Assembly: GCF_963921235.1 (NCBI RefSeq)
Contig: NC_086099.1
Span: forward strand, 128,402,001-128,466,000
Source of the DNA: Mobula hypostoma
Taxonomy: Eukaryota
Direction: 5' to 3'
Length of the DNA: 64,000 nucleotides
How positions within the stretch are numbered: the stretch's first letter is position 1; each line of letters begins with the position of its first letter. The position numbers and the translations under genes were made by a program. The notes beneath the pieces are model-generated. The model saw only the letters and a program-made list of their open reading frames with translations. It ran no database searches and had not been told where the DNA came from. Of the stretch, positions 12,926 to 25,769 are shown piece by piece.

Positions 12926-14334
12926 GTCAGAGGTAAGGTAAAACTGACCAGTTAGAGATGGTCATTGGCTAACACAAGTACTACCTCATTAATCAGATAC
13001 CTTTCACCACTTGGTGATGATTAATGAGTGTAATTAGCTTTATTTTTGTGTGGGGTCAGGAATATATTCTGGTGTTGGAATTCTTCTGAAACAGTTTTAA
13101 GAATCAAGCCAATTCTGGAGCACAAGTCTTTAGGACTACAAATGAGATCCTGCAAGCTCCTTTTTTAATGGCTTGTATTGTCATCTATTCCTTGAACTCA
13201 TGAAAAATAAAATTAACTGGGCTAGGTTCTATGATTATTATATCAGATGGTTCAAGCAACTTGGCGACTTGTGTTTTAACTTTGTTATGCTGGATTGCAC
13301 TATCATAGAGGACACACTCAAACTTTTCCACAGAGGAAGAGATGTGGTGGTAGGGGGTGGGAAGAGGATACAGGTGAAGAGTATGGCATTACAGCAGTCT
13401 GTTCGAAAGGGAGTTCAAAATTATCCCACCGATCCAGCTTTGGGAAAAAGATGTATGAAACAGCAAGACTGCAAACAGATTTAAATAAAATTGAAATTTA
13501 TGTTTGAATTATTAGCCAATCATGTAGATATAGGTGGCAATAGCAAGATAGTTAAAGTTTTTCATTGAACTCAAATACAGTAGATTCTAGTTAATCAGTT
13601 AAATGGGACAGCTGCTTATTTGGGACAACTTATAGAACAAAACTAATCAAGAAAATAGCCGGGATTCCCTCTGCTTACTTGTGACACCATACCGCTTAAT
13701 TGAGATAGGAAACTGTTGCCAAGGTTTTAACTGGCATCAGACACATGCCCTTGTGTGGCTGTTATGACACTACACTGTGCCTAGGGCAAACATTTTAAAT
13801 AGCGCCAGTTGCATGTGTATGTATTTAAAAAAAAGTGATTTTTATCACTACAGTTGGTGAGAAATAAGCAGCAAGACAATTCAGAACTGTTTTGCTTACA
13901 AAGGTTTCAAGCGTTCAGGCCTGGTAATGCGAGACACAGCTGGGAAAATGAAACCATTTCATGACTTCAAGTTAGGAACTACAAGAATTAAGGTATCGAC
14001 AATCATCTTGAACATTACAACTAAGATTTAAGAGGGTGCAATCGCTGAAAACACTGAAGGCAGTCCATTACGTACATTAGGTGTCTGTGCCGATTTTGTT
14101 CCTTATGCAGTGGATCAATTCCTCCATTGATAACAATTAGGAAACAATAGTTTTATAGTACTGTAGTAGTATTGATAGTGTTCTCACTTGTTCCATATTT
14201 TATTTAAATACACAATTTGTAACTCAGTTAAACAATAGTTGGCCTTTTTTAAAATACATTTTCAGCTGTTTCATAAAGCTTTGGCTAATTGGAGTAGCCA
14301 CTTAATTGGGCCAAAATACACTGATCCTGATGTA

Positions 14335-15933
14335 CAGGTTTCCCCCGCCATCCGAAGGTAGAGCGTTCCTATGAAACGGTTCGTTAGCCAGAAGGTCGTA
14401 AAGCGAAGACGCAATTACCATTTACTTATATGGGAAAAATTTGTGAGCGTTCGCAGACCCAAAAATAACCCACCAAATCATGCCAAGTAACATATTAAAC
14501 TTAAAATAACAGTAACATATAGTAAAAGCAGGAATGATATTGTAGCGATGTGCTACACAGAGAGCTAGAAATAACGACACAGCTATGATAAATACACAGC
14601 TTATATAAAGTAGAAATACTTTTCCCCGATTGCCTGCACTGTTCCATAGCGAAAATCTCACGCAAGTGCTCTCCAGTAACCTTTAAGCTATGAAGCTGCC
14701 AAATCATACCAAATAACACCTAAAAATACACCGCCAATATAAAGTAGAAATAATGTATGTACAGTATAGTATCACTTACAGGAATCCAGAAGACATTGAA
14801 CACACCGATGATGGTGTGTTAGGCTGAGTCGTCGGATGTTGGGGTGGTGCAGTGGCCCCAACCCTCCGGGCAGCCGACCGATACTGATCCGCAAAGAATG
14901 CAGCGGTAGCCGGGACACACCTAGCACATCTTTAAGAAAAAAGCTGAAATAAACAAGCTAATTAATTAGGTGCCGCCCGGCAAGTAAATGTCAGCCAAAA
15001 TCAGAGGCGATTGCATCCCCTCTGATCTGGGCCAACAATTACGTGCCAGGCGACACCTAATTAATTAGCTTGTTTATTTCGGCTTTTTTCTTAAGGATGT
15101 GTCGGGTGCCTCCCGGCTACTGCTGCATTCTCCGCGAATTGATATCTGTCCGCGGCCCAGGAGTTGGGGTGGTGGGACACTGGGGTGTCATCTCATCATT
15201 GATCAGGGCAGGCAGGTCATCTTCTCCTATGACTGCCTGCCTCGATGTCGAAGGTTCGTCATCTGCTGTGGCTGATTGGAAGGCTTGCTTGACTGCTTAG
15301 CCTCGTGCATTCTTCTACCATACAGTTCTTCGTAAGCACTCAAACCATCTTGCAAATATGCCCTAAACCGAAGTACCCTTTCAAAATTAAAGTCGTACTT
15401 TATCATTGCAGTGAAAATCTCACGCAGTTGCTTCACTTTCAGTTCCTAGACGACCTCACTTTCGGTCCGTTTGCTACTACATTCAGTTTTGATTGTTATC
15501 CTCTCCTCTTCCAATTGCATCAGCTCTTCATCTATCAGTTCTTGGTCATGGGATGCCAAACCTCTTCAACATCATCTTTGTCAACTTTCAGAAGCCAAAC
15601 TCACTTTGTCCTTACTTTGTTCACCATGATTGAAATGCTTAATTATGTCTAGTTTTACGCTAAGTGTAACACCCTTACGAGCTCTTTTAGGCTTTTCCAA
15701 TACCTTAGAACTCATCTTGCTAACGGCTGCTCACAGACACGTGTTTAAGCAATACCGGCGAGAATGCAGATCCGAATCCGGGGAAGAGCGGCTGCTCGGG
15801 GTGCATGCTGCCTTTTTATTGCACGCTTCTTTCGTAACAGTGAAAGCACCTTCTGCTAGCGAAAACAGGGAACTAATGTAGGTCTTTCGTAACAGTGAGG
15901 TTTCGTAAGCGAACGTTCGAAAAGCGACACCTG
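14335..15933 (-). mobile_element. Internally deleted Tigger (pogo-family) DNA transposon
   Basis: TA|CAGGT...ACCTG|TA ends. Minus strand encodes the transposase N-terminus MSSKVLEKPKRARKGVTLSVKLDIIKHF (CENP-B/psq HTH-like) fused to a C-terminal remnant (DDVEE...DEELMQLEE, DFNFER...AYEELY). Confidence 0.85.
14850..15175. repeat. Foldback (long inverted repeat) with hAT/Charlie-like end inside the Tigger
   Basis: ~150-bp arms around ~15013 (GAAATAAACAAGCTAATTAATTAGGTG / CACCTAATTAATTAGCTTGTTTATTTC); left end CAGTGGCCCCAACC. Confidence 0.8.
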
Positions 15934-17409
15934 TATCCCGATCACTGAAAAAAGGAGAATGCTACAGGATCAAATCAGAAGAGCAATGAGCAGGTTTAGA
16001 CATGGAAAAGACATAACAGCTATCCCACAGCAGACAGTCAAATGACCAGTTTTGTATAAAAGGGATGGGGTCAGAATTAAAGATGATCAAACGCAAGTCT
16101 CTTTTCAATAAGAACATGGTTTAACTTCTACATTAATCTCACTTTTCTCCATAGTACCCTTGCATAAACTCTTGCTTTCCTAAAATAAAATTTGTCAGTT
16201 TTAATAGTTTATATGGACATCTGTTGTTTTTTATAGGCATCTGCTCCCTCTGAACTGAAAAGTTCAAAGGTTCCAAAGATCTGTAAGAACTACAAAACAA
16301 TGGAGAAAATTGGCAAGATCAGTACAGTTAGAGAAAATTATGAAAGATTATAAGCAGTGGTAGTAAGAATAAAAAGTACATACACACTAATATTGGTATT
16401 CTCATATGCCAGTTGAGAAGCAAAGTAAACATGAAGGCAAATACCTTCATGACCACTATTGCAAAACCACTAATACCCTCCCCAAAATGATACTAACACA
16501 TTGTCACACCATCCTGTCTAACAGGATTTCCTCATTCTCCTCAACTAAAACACATTGCTCTTCAACTAATTCTGTGGATTTATGATTTTTTTTTTTAAGA
16601 ACCACTTTGGTACTTTAGCACGGTAGAAAGTATGAAGAGCTCCGCTAAAGTTGCCTATAAACATCAAGAGTTGTAATTCTAAATATCAAGATGGCCATCA
16701 GGTTTTTGTTGATCTGACAACTTAAGTCCATAAGGATCAAAAGTAAGTTTATTATCGAAGTATATAGATGCCATCGTATACAACCGAGATTTTCTACAGG
16801 GATATTCAATAATTCCCTAATAAAATAATGAGACTAAAAATAATAATAGAATCAATGAACAACTGCAGCAACTTGGCCATTCAACCTGTGTGCAAAAGAA
16901 AAAAATGCAAATACAAAAGAAATAATAATAAACAAACAAGAAATATCAAGAACATGAGATGAATAGTCCTTGAAAGCAAGTCCATTGGTTGTGGGAACAT
17001 TTCCGTGAAGGAGCAACTGAAGTTGAGTGAAGTTATCTTTGGTTCAAGAGTCTAATGGTTAAGGGATAATAATTGTTCCTAAACCTGATGGTGTGGGTCC
17101 TTGAGGCTCCTGTAACTCCTTTCTGATGGCAGCAGCAAGAGAGGATGACCCCTGCAGTGGGAGGCCCTGATGATAGATGCTGCATTCATATAAGAATGCT
17201 TCGTGTAGGTGTGTTCTATGGTGGGGAGTGTACTTTATCCAGGCTGTGTCCACTACTTTTTGTAAGATTTTCTATTCAAGGACCTTGGTCTTTCCATACC
17301 AGGCTGTGATGCAGTCAGTCAATATACTGTCCACTACACATCTATATAATTTTGTCAAAGTTTTAAACATCATGCCAAGTTTTCTCAAACTCCAAAGTAA
17401 AGGTAGTGC

Positions 17410-17505
17410 AACATACATCAAAGTTGCTGGTGAACGCAGCAGGCCAAGCAGCATCTATAGGAAGAGGCGCAGTCGACGTTTCAGGCCGAGACCCTTCGTC
17501 AGGAC
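17410..17505 (-). mobile_element. 96-bp PLE mini-insertion with 9-bp TSD
   Basis: AGGTAGTGC at 17401-17409 and 17506-17514; the insert is the PLE terminal motif. Confidence 0.9.
17470..17505 (-). ncRNA. Minimal type I hammerhead ribozyme motif, catalytic core intact
   Basis: Minus strand GUC-CUGACGA-A-GGGU-CUCG-GCCU-GAAA-CG-UC|GACUG; stem I GUC/GAC; palindromic ACGU in place of stem III. Confidence 0.8.
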
Positions 17506-17814
17506 AGGTAGTGCCGTGCTTTCTTTGTAATTGCACTTATGTGCTGGGCCCTGGACAGGTCCTCTGAAATCATAACACCTAGTAATTTAAAGTTACTGAC
17601 CCTGTCCACCTCAATGAGAACTGGCTCATGGACCTCTGGTTTTCTTCTCCTGAAGTCAATAGTCAGCTCCTTGGTCTTGCTGAGATTAAGAGGTTATTGT
17701 TATGGAACCACTCAACCAGATTTTCAATCTCCCTCCAATATGCTGATTCATCACCACCCTTGATTCAGCCTATGACAGTCCATACACATGTACCAAGGGA
17801 AAAAATTCCCAATG

Positions 17815-18085
17815 CAGGTTCACTGCAGTAGCGAAATGCTTTCTTTACAGTACAGGCAACTTGGGTTCAATTCCCACCATTGCCTGCCAGGAGTTTGCAC
17901 ATTCTCCCTGTGACTGCATGAGTTTCCTCCAGGTACTCTGATTTCCTCCCACAGTTCAAAGACGTACTGGTTGGTAGGTTAATTTGTCATTACAAACTGT
18001 TCCATGATTAGGCTAGGATTAAACCAGGGAATTGCTGGGTGGTGTGGCTTCAAGGGCCTATTCTGCGCTGTATCTCAATAAATAA
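17815..18085 (+). mobile_element. tRNA-derived V-SINE (HE1-like) with CR1-type tail
   Basis: B-box GGGTTCAATTCCC; V-domain GAGTTTGCACATTCTCCCTGTG...TTTCCTCCCACA; tail AAGGGCCTATTCTGCGCTGTATCTCAATAAA. Confidence 0.85.
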
Positions 18086-18702
18086 GTTTTCAAATCTGCA
18101 TATTAGCTCAACTATCAGGAATCTTAGCTAAATTTCACGTAACCTCTATCCACTTCTCAGTACAAAATTTGCTGCAAGAACTTTAAAATGTACATTGCAT
18201 GAATTATGGGACAACTAAATGGCAAACCTTACAGGGAGCAATCTTAAAAATTCAAGGTGCAAGTAACTGTTTATTCCACCAGAACAATTTATACACTAGG
18301 ATCAAGAAACTTAAATCACTAATATTAAGAAAGCAATCTTATGGTAGAAACAAATACTCCAATATTAATTAAACAGCAGCTGTTAGTCTGATCAAAGAAC
18401 TTAATGAAAGGACTACATGTCAGAACAAAACAGGCAACCACAAGCATGAATTTCAATGAATAGTGACTACGTTTCTTGGTTGTTGTCTTTACTTTGCAAT
18501 GGACAAACCTCTCCGAAATTAAATTCTGCAAGTTTTAAATCATACCTGTTTTAAGGAGCAGACTAATTGATTTCAAGACAACAATATAGTTTGCCCTAAG
18601 AGCACAAATTAAGTTTTTAGACATGCTTTAGGATTTAGAAAAATCTCAAACGCACGAAGTCACTTAAATTCTTTCAATACAACAAAACTAATCATTCACA
18701 AA

Positions 18703-19104
18703 TGTCGTGTGAATGAAATCACCACAGAAAGTGTGTTACTGGTAGATACAAAGCAGCTTCTTTATTCGACAAAACTAGGTACAGCAGGCATCATCATACC
18801 GAGACACTTTCCGTAGAAAGGTCTACTGGCCCAGTGTGGGGCTCAATATTTATTTGCTAAACACAAAAGGGCAATCCATATTTACAAAGTATAGACAATG
18901 CTCTCTTTTGAGGCTACATACAAACTTCACACCTTCTGATTACATCATCCCATCAACGCCAGCAGCGTCTGGACTGGTACTCACAGCTTTTAGGAAATGC
19001 ACTGTTACAAACTCAATCCACAGTACATTGTCAAGGAAAAGAAGACTGGTGGCCAAAGCCATTTGCTAAGTGTAAATGATCTAAACCCAAAAATTATACT
19101 AACA
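18703..19104 (-). mobile_element. Probable LTR remnant
   Basis: TG...CA ends; minus-strand AATAAAGAAGCTGCTTTG near the LTR 3' end; TSD not clean. Confidence 0.45.
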
Positions 19105-20378
19105 CAGTACACTTAGGATTCTTATAATGCCAAATTGGTAGATGTCTGGATGTTATTAAAACTCCAAAATAGACTTTTAATTCACATTAAAATGGCACAC
19201 ATTCCTATCACAAGTTTACCATCAAACAAGGCAAGCTTGAAAAGAATTCACAGAAACCAGGGGCCAGGAGAGTGGAAAGGGAGCTTGGCAAACATGTGGT
19301 GCAAAGTCATTGGGATTTCTGAACATTTGCAATTTTATTACAATAAATAATTGCTATAGAGCCAAAAATCAGTTTTCTATCGACTTTGTTGTAATTACAA
19401 ATGTGAATGATATTCAACGTACATGAACAAAGCAGCTATAGATTCCACAGCCAATTATAACCTAACACAAACACTTTTCATAGCAATGCTTCAACATATT
19501 TTATAGAAAATATCAATGGATTCTGCAAATGAGCACAAAGCCATCATCTGAGAATGCTACATGGCTTATAAGGGTCTTTTGCTGTAAATAACAGAACAAC
19601 CAGTTAACACATTTACAGAATTCTACATTTCATACAGCAATACAAGACCAGCTCAAAATATGGCCAACATTCTTTCTGCTGCCACCAGCCTCAAGCCACC
19701 TACCCATCCTTCCAAGTTCTAACAAGCATATTGCTCAGAACAAGCAATAACAGGGGTGGTAGCAAGTGGTGACAGCACCACATTCCCAAAGACAATCCGA
19801 GTTGAAAAGTTCATTGCATTGGTGCTAGATGAAATAGCATTGTAAAGACTTGATAAATAATGACCCTGATTTCATGTCACTGGTCTGCAATCACTCACTT
19901 TCCTACAAATACTATCTAGAAGCCCCATCCTGCTTATTTGAAGCACTCCCTCACCTCCAGTTGAGCAACAGCAGGGAGTGACAAGGAATGGGCAAATAAA
20001 CTCCTCCTAGAGAATTCATGAATCACTTAACCTCAAGCAAAGCCCTGCAACCAAACAGCTTTAGTAACCATCTGAACAGTCAGGATTTTAAAAACCTTCC
20101 AAATTACTACACATCTTAATTTTAAAAATCTAAATCAGACAAATAACAATAACAATCCAATTTTGTATTTTCTCTATAGATCTATCACTGCTAAAATTAA
20201 GAACCTGCATCAGGTTAATCTGAAATTGCATTCCTCCAGCACTATAAACACTATACACGAGGCCTAACACTGCCACATTGCAAAGCACTAGAAATTCTGA
20301 GCAGGACATCGATATTTCACAGGAAAATTCAAGAGTTTTGCATCTCAATGCCTAGTTACATTTTATTTGTAATACAAC

Positions 20379-21163
20379 TGTCATGTGTGACACCAAGCAG
20401 AGCTACCAGACAGATGATGCTAATGAGAGAGAGAACGGAAGACAATGGAGAAACATTCAAAATGCTAATGAGAGAGAAGGGAAAGAAACACAATTCAGAT
20501 ATTGACAGACCGGTTGCTTTGAACCTGAACTGTTTGAAGTTTGATGGACAGGTGATACCCCAGCAGGGGGATAAAAAGAGCAGGTTTGCTAAGGCACGAG
20601 ACACGCCACGAGACCCTGGAAAGAGCAGTGTACCCCCACAAGTTGGTGGGAGTTTGGAGGACCGGTTCGCTGGAACCCATCAGAGGCTCACAAAGTGTAA
20701 AGGTACGATCGGTGGGAACCTGGGGTATGTGTCCGCCCTTGCCTGGGTGCCGGGTTCACCGCAGAAGAACAATCATATCCGGAATGGAGGGGTCACAGTC
20801 CGTGACCACAGTGAGATTATAAGACATCAAAAGGTCTGCCGGAAACCAACTGCACCTCTCACTCTCTCCAACAGTACAATAAGAACGACTACTTCGAACT
20901 GCACTAAACTGAACTGAACTCTGCTTCACTTAAGACTGATCATTTTACCCCTAGACTGCGATAGAGCTTGGTTGATTCCCATTACCCTAGTTCTGAGTAT
21001 ATGTGTGTATTATCATTGCTAACCTGTTACATTTATATCCTTACGATTAGTGTACTGTATTACTTATTTCTTTAATAAAACTTTATTAGTTCCTAGTAAT
21101 CACAGACTCCAACGAGCATTCCATTTCCGCTGGTTTGGCAACCCAGTTACGGGGTACGTATCA
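20379..21163 (+). mobile_element. Solo LTR (Gypsy-type)
   Basis: TGTCATGT...ACGTATCA ends; flanks CAAC/CAAG; GATAAAAAG at ~20570; AATAAA at ~21074. Confidence 0.7.
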
Positions 21164-21624
21164 CAAGGTTCACTGTCTTACAAGATACAAAAGCAATAAC
21201 CATACATCCTGTCAAAGGCATTCAATTTTCCTGGTGCCATTGGAAGAGGAACGCAAGTTGTAGGGCTTATGGTAGCTGTTTCTTGCGTGTGGTGCTTGGC
21301 TTAATGCCTGAATCATTAAGATAATTGTTGATAGGAAATAAACCTAGTGCAGTAAAGATTAATGCAATTCTCTAAACTATATAATCAATGCTCTTACACT
21401 AAATTTACCTTTAATACACTCTCAAAAGCAGAATATTTAGAAACTACTTTAATCACCAATTTTAATGCAATAACTACCACAAAGCAGTTTGAAGTATTTT
21501 ACCAAATTAATGCTGATACTGTTTCAGCACACTCCTGCTTTGTGCCCCATGAAAATATTCATCACTAGCTCAAGCTGCAGTTTCATAACATTTGTCTCCG
21601 GTGAGCTGATTTGCCTCGATGATC

Positions 21625-22100
21625 CTAGCACACAGAGCGCATAGCAAACTGCTGAAAGAACAGTGCGACAAGCAGCAACAGTGGAGGCAAAGAGCGTCGA
21701 CATTTCGGGTTGATGCACTGCACAGGAGAGTAGGCAGTTTAAAGCTGAGGGGGCAAGGAAGTAGCTGGGATGCAGTAGATGGAGCCAAATAAAGATTGAT
21801 GGGCAAATGGAGCTAGGTTTTGGGACAGAAGGGTGAAGTTACTGACAGAGTGGGAAAGGTAGTAAGTGGAGATAACAGGGCTGTAGATAACGTGTTAAGG
21901 AAGGCAAGCAGTGCAACCAAAGGAAAGATGGTGGGGCAGGGGGGAAAAGAGGTTAGAGCATCTTGTGGGTATGAGTGATTAGCAGATGAAACCAGTGGTG
22001 GAGGGGGGGAAACGTGAGGACCTGCATGGATCAAATAAGAGCAATGGTATGCAGATTACCAGTGATTAAATAATGGTATGAACAATAAATTACCTGTGGT
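21625..22100 (-). mobile_element. Old, diverged PLE-type repeat
   Basis: Degenerate CTGCTGAAAGAAC..GCAGCA..GTCGACATTTCGGG followed by a purine-rich pLTR-like tract. Confidence 0.5.
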
Positions 22101-22894
22101 AATCCACATCCCAGACTTTCCCCCTTCTGATCTATCCTCTGACATGCCTCCTCCTTTACAACCAGCAGCCCCACCCACCCCTGCCCCTGGTAACCCTGTT
22201 CTTTTACCTCTCCCATGTGATTCCATCTGCCTACACAACCAGTAGGCTCCCTATTATCCTCCTGATGCTCACAGTTGTACACCACCCTACCATCTTCCAG
22301 TCTCAGATTCCACGATCTATAGCTTTTTCCCCCATCTCCACTTATCAGCCTCTGTTGCTGTCTCTGTTTGCCCAGCAACCCCTCTTTACCTGGACCAACG
22401 TACTGTTTGCACAGTTACACATTCTGTCAGCAATTTAAAATTAAATCCTATTAGTAAGATAATGACTACAAATATTACAGAAATTTGTACCTAAATGTAA
22501 CTATTTTCTCTTCAGTTACTGACTTATAATTCCAAGTTGGATTTCCTACACAGCAATCTTTGTTGAAAAACAAAATTAAACTGGTTACAAACTACCAGGT
22601 GAATATTTTTCAACGACATCGATTCTCCTTCCAAAGAATTATTGTTGACAAAATTACCATTGTGTTCAAAGCAATAAAAATCACACCAGATCTAAATAGC
22701 ATAATGTAATTCGATAACTTGATGCCCATTTAGTTCTCCATGAATAAACGAACCCATCAAATCTTTACTTAAAACTGAAAATATTGTCTTAATAGAATAC
22801 ACAATTCTTACCTGCACCCTGTCAAATGAATCTTCTATACCCATTTCTGCAATATTGTAAATGGTCCTGCAATGTTCTTTGAGATGATTATGTA

Positions 22895-22929
<35 letters not shown>
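22895..22929. repeat. (AT)n(AC)n microsatellite
   Basis: Directly visible. Confidence 0.95.
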
Positions 22930-22939
22930 AATTCTATAA

Positions 22940-25000
22940 GGACCCTTACAAGTTCATGAAAAGCATTTTCACAAAGCTGAAGAATGGAATTCCTAAGATG
23001 TCAAAGGAAGAGTTGGAAAATCATCTGAAGCTGACATACTCAAACAGCCTGAGAGCCAAACATATCTTAATACCTTCAGATATGCCACCGATTCACCCAC
23101 TACATTAGCAGTTTGACATCAGTCCCCCCAGATACAGTGAGACAATAAAAGTAGTAAAGCGGGCGAGGGCTGCTTCAGTGCCAGAGCCAAATGGAGCTCT
23201 GTGCAAACTCTAATAAAAAAAAAATGCACCAAGAGTCCTGAACTTCTTATGGAAACAGATGAAGGTGGTCTGGAAGTATAAACTTATTCCTAGAGCAAGT
23301 AGGCGAACAGGAGGAATTCCAAATCCTAAAGGAAAAGATTCCTTAGAAATTGGACAGTTTCGGCAAATAAATCTAAATACTGAAAGGAAAATATTTTTCA
23401 GTGTCGTAGCACAACAGCTGTCTACTCACTTGGAGAAAAACAACCTCATCAAAACACATGTGCAGAAGGCAGGAATGCCCGGATTCCTCTGGACGCTTGA
23501 AACACACAAGTATAATTTGGCATCAAATACAAACTGCTAAAAGGGAAATGTCTTGTTCTTGAACCTAGCCAATGCCTTTGGGTCAGACTCACATAACCTC
23601 CTTCATTTGAATTCTTCTGTATACCAGAATGTGTTACAACCCTGGTCAAAGCCTACTTTCAAGATCTCCAGTTCTCATTGATAACCGCAGAGTACAACAC
23701 AGCCTGGCGGCCTGTGGAGACAGGCATAATGGCAGGTTGCACCATCTTTCCACTGGCCTTTACCATGGCAATGGAAGCACGATTAGAGCTTCTAAATGGG
23801 TAGTAGAAGGAGAACGACTGAAGTCAGGACTATGCCTACCACCAATCGGGTATTTATGAATAATTTAGCCATCCTGACATCTACCACCCCATGGAACAAA
23901 TAGTGCTTGAGATGCTCCATTCAAACATCAAATGGGCGCGAATGACAATTAAAACAAAATAGTCTAGGAGCATTCCTACAGTCAAGGAAGGCTGGTCGAC
24001 TACAAGTTTCATGCAATCTGCAAGAAAGGGTTTTGGTACAGGATCAAATAAGTCCATCTGGCAAAAGGTGACAACACAAAAGCAAAGGCGAGCTATGTTG
24101 GCGGAGGAAGTATAGCAAAAGGAGGAGATGAGCTAAGCAAAAGCAGTGTCTCAGGAAAAACAGGGACAGTGGACAAGGTGGGAAAACATTCAGAAAAGAA
24201 AATTCAGCTGGAAATACTTATGGGAAAAGGAAGGAAGAAAGATTAGATTCCTTATAAGAGCAGTTTATATGTTCTCCCAGTGGCTCAGTGAAGAGTCAGT
24301 TGTCCACTCTGTCAAAGAAGGGCAAGCCTCAAGCACATCCTCTCATCTTGCAAAGTAAGCCTCATTCAAGGAAGATACACATGGAGACACAACCAGGACC
24401 TCAGATGTTTGAGGAGCAAAGGCTGAATAACAACTCCAAGCCCCATATGTCTGGAAAAACCACCACCCACTTTGTCCAGCAAGGACAGACAGTGCCACCT
24501 CAGTGACACGGCTGGTGTCAAGCATACTGGAGCCTGCTGGTGACTGGAACACGGCTGTCGACCTTGACAAAATGCTAATATTTCCCCAAGATGGCCACTA
24601 CCACCCTCAGACCAGACTTGGTCTGGTGGTCCAGCAATCTGAAGGCTGTAGTAATCTCAGAGATCACAGCCTGGGAAAATGTAATCTGCAAGGCGTACGA
24701 ATGGAAGCATGTAAAATACGCTGAGTTGGCCACAGATGCTAAGCAGTGCGAATGGAAGGTGCCGATTTTCCAATTACAAGTCGGCTGCAGAGCATTTGTG
24801 GTTACTTCCATGATCAGATTGCTGAAGTGATTGGGAGTCCGAGGACAAGGACAGTGGTAAGCTACAAAAGAACTCAGAGGCAGCCGAGTGAAACAGCCAC
24901 TGGTTGATGTAGTGGGCTTAAACTGATGAAACATCTAAGAAGGGGGTGTGCACCTGATGACCCCTGGGAAGCATCTGCCACCCACCAAGCCCCACCTCAA
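22940..25000 (+). mobile_element. HERO-like non-LTR retrotransposon remnant (RT + restriction-like endonuclease), internally deleted
   Basis: Frameshifted QFRQINLNTERKIFF..VQKAGMPGF (RT), GRYTWRHNQ after a CCHC remnant, and TTLRPDLVWWS...WE...KYAELA...QVGCRAFV (RLE PD..D-type domain). Confidence 0.8.
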
Positions 25001-25769
25001 GACCTCTATGCTATGACCCAAGTTAGGTTCTGCTTATCAAAGGGAGAAACATAGTTCTATGAGCTTGAATGAATATATACACATCATAAATTTACCTTTT
25101 TCCAAAGTTAAATCACAATACAAATATTTGGAGAACACTATAAAGCTATTATTCACTTTCCCTTCCACTCTTACCCCATTACCTTGTCTCAATGCCCCAG
25201 CATCCTTTGCCTCAATTATTAGTTAGGTGATATTCAATATTCCTTAAAGAACTGAAAAGACAACATGCAACTAATGACTTGTATGCTGACAGTTTCAGTA
25301 ACAATTTCCTATAATAAAGCCCAAATGCCATTTACCAGTTTGAGAACAGCTGGCTAAATACTGCACTTCAACTTGATCTCCTTCCCCTTTTGTTTAATAG
25401 ATGAACTGTAGGCGTAACTTACAAAAATGCACAGAACTTGATTAAGGTGTGCAAAATATACCCAAATCCATCTATGCAACCCCAGAGTGAGAATTTTGTG
25501 GTACCCATTGTCAGAAACAGTTATGAATATTCTCTTTCTCTGCCAGACCAGTTTCTGTCAGTTACAATACACAAATCATAAGAAATTTAGTAATCAGCTA
25601 ATAAAGCATTCCATTTACAATTTTCTACTTCATTATCACTATTTCGATCTTTGCCTTTTCGATCTTTGAAATCAAATCATTCCCAAATCAAATTCTCCCT
25701 ACATTTATTTCACCATACTTTTATGCAGAACTGTTGTTGAGAAAATACTATGTCAATTATTATGCTGAT

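Larger units (their letters stand above)
13578..15947. mobile_element. pogo/Tigger-type MITE split by a younger Tigger element
   Basis: TA|CAGTAGATTC.AGTTAAT start; repeated TTAATTGGG/ATTTGGGAC subterminal motifs; right end resumes after 15935 (TCCCGATCACTG). Confidence 0.65.
16735..17780 (-). mobile_element. Rex1/Babar- or L2-type LINE 3' remnant
   Basis: Minus-strand LRKLGM...LYRCVVDSILTDCITAWYG motif. Confidence 0.8.

Noticed and set aside
20348-20917. 189-aa ORF
   Set aside because: Lies within a solo LTR; no recognisable domain.
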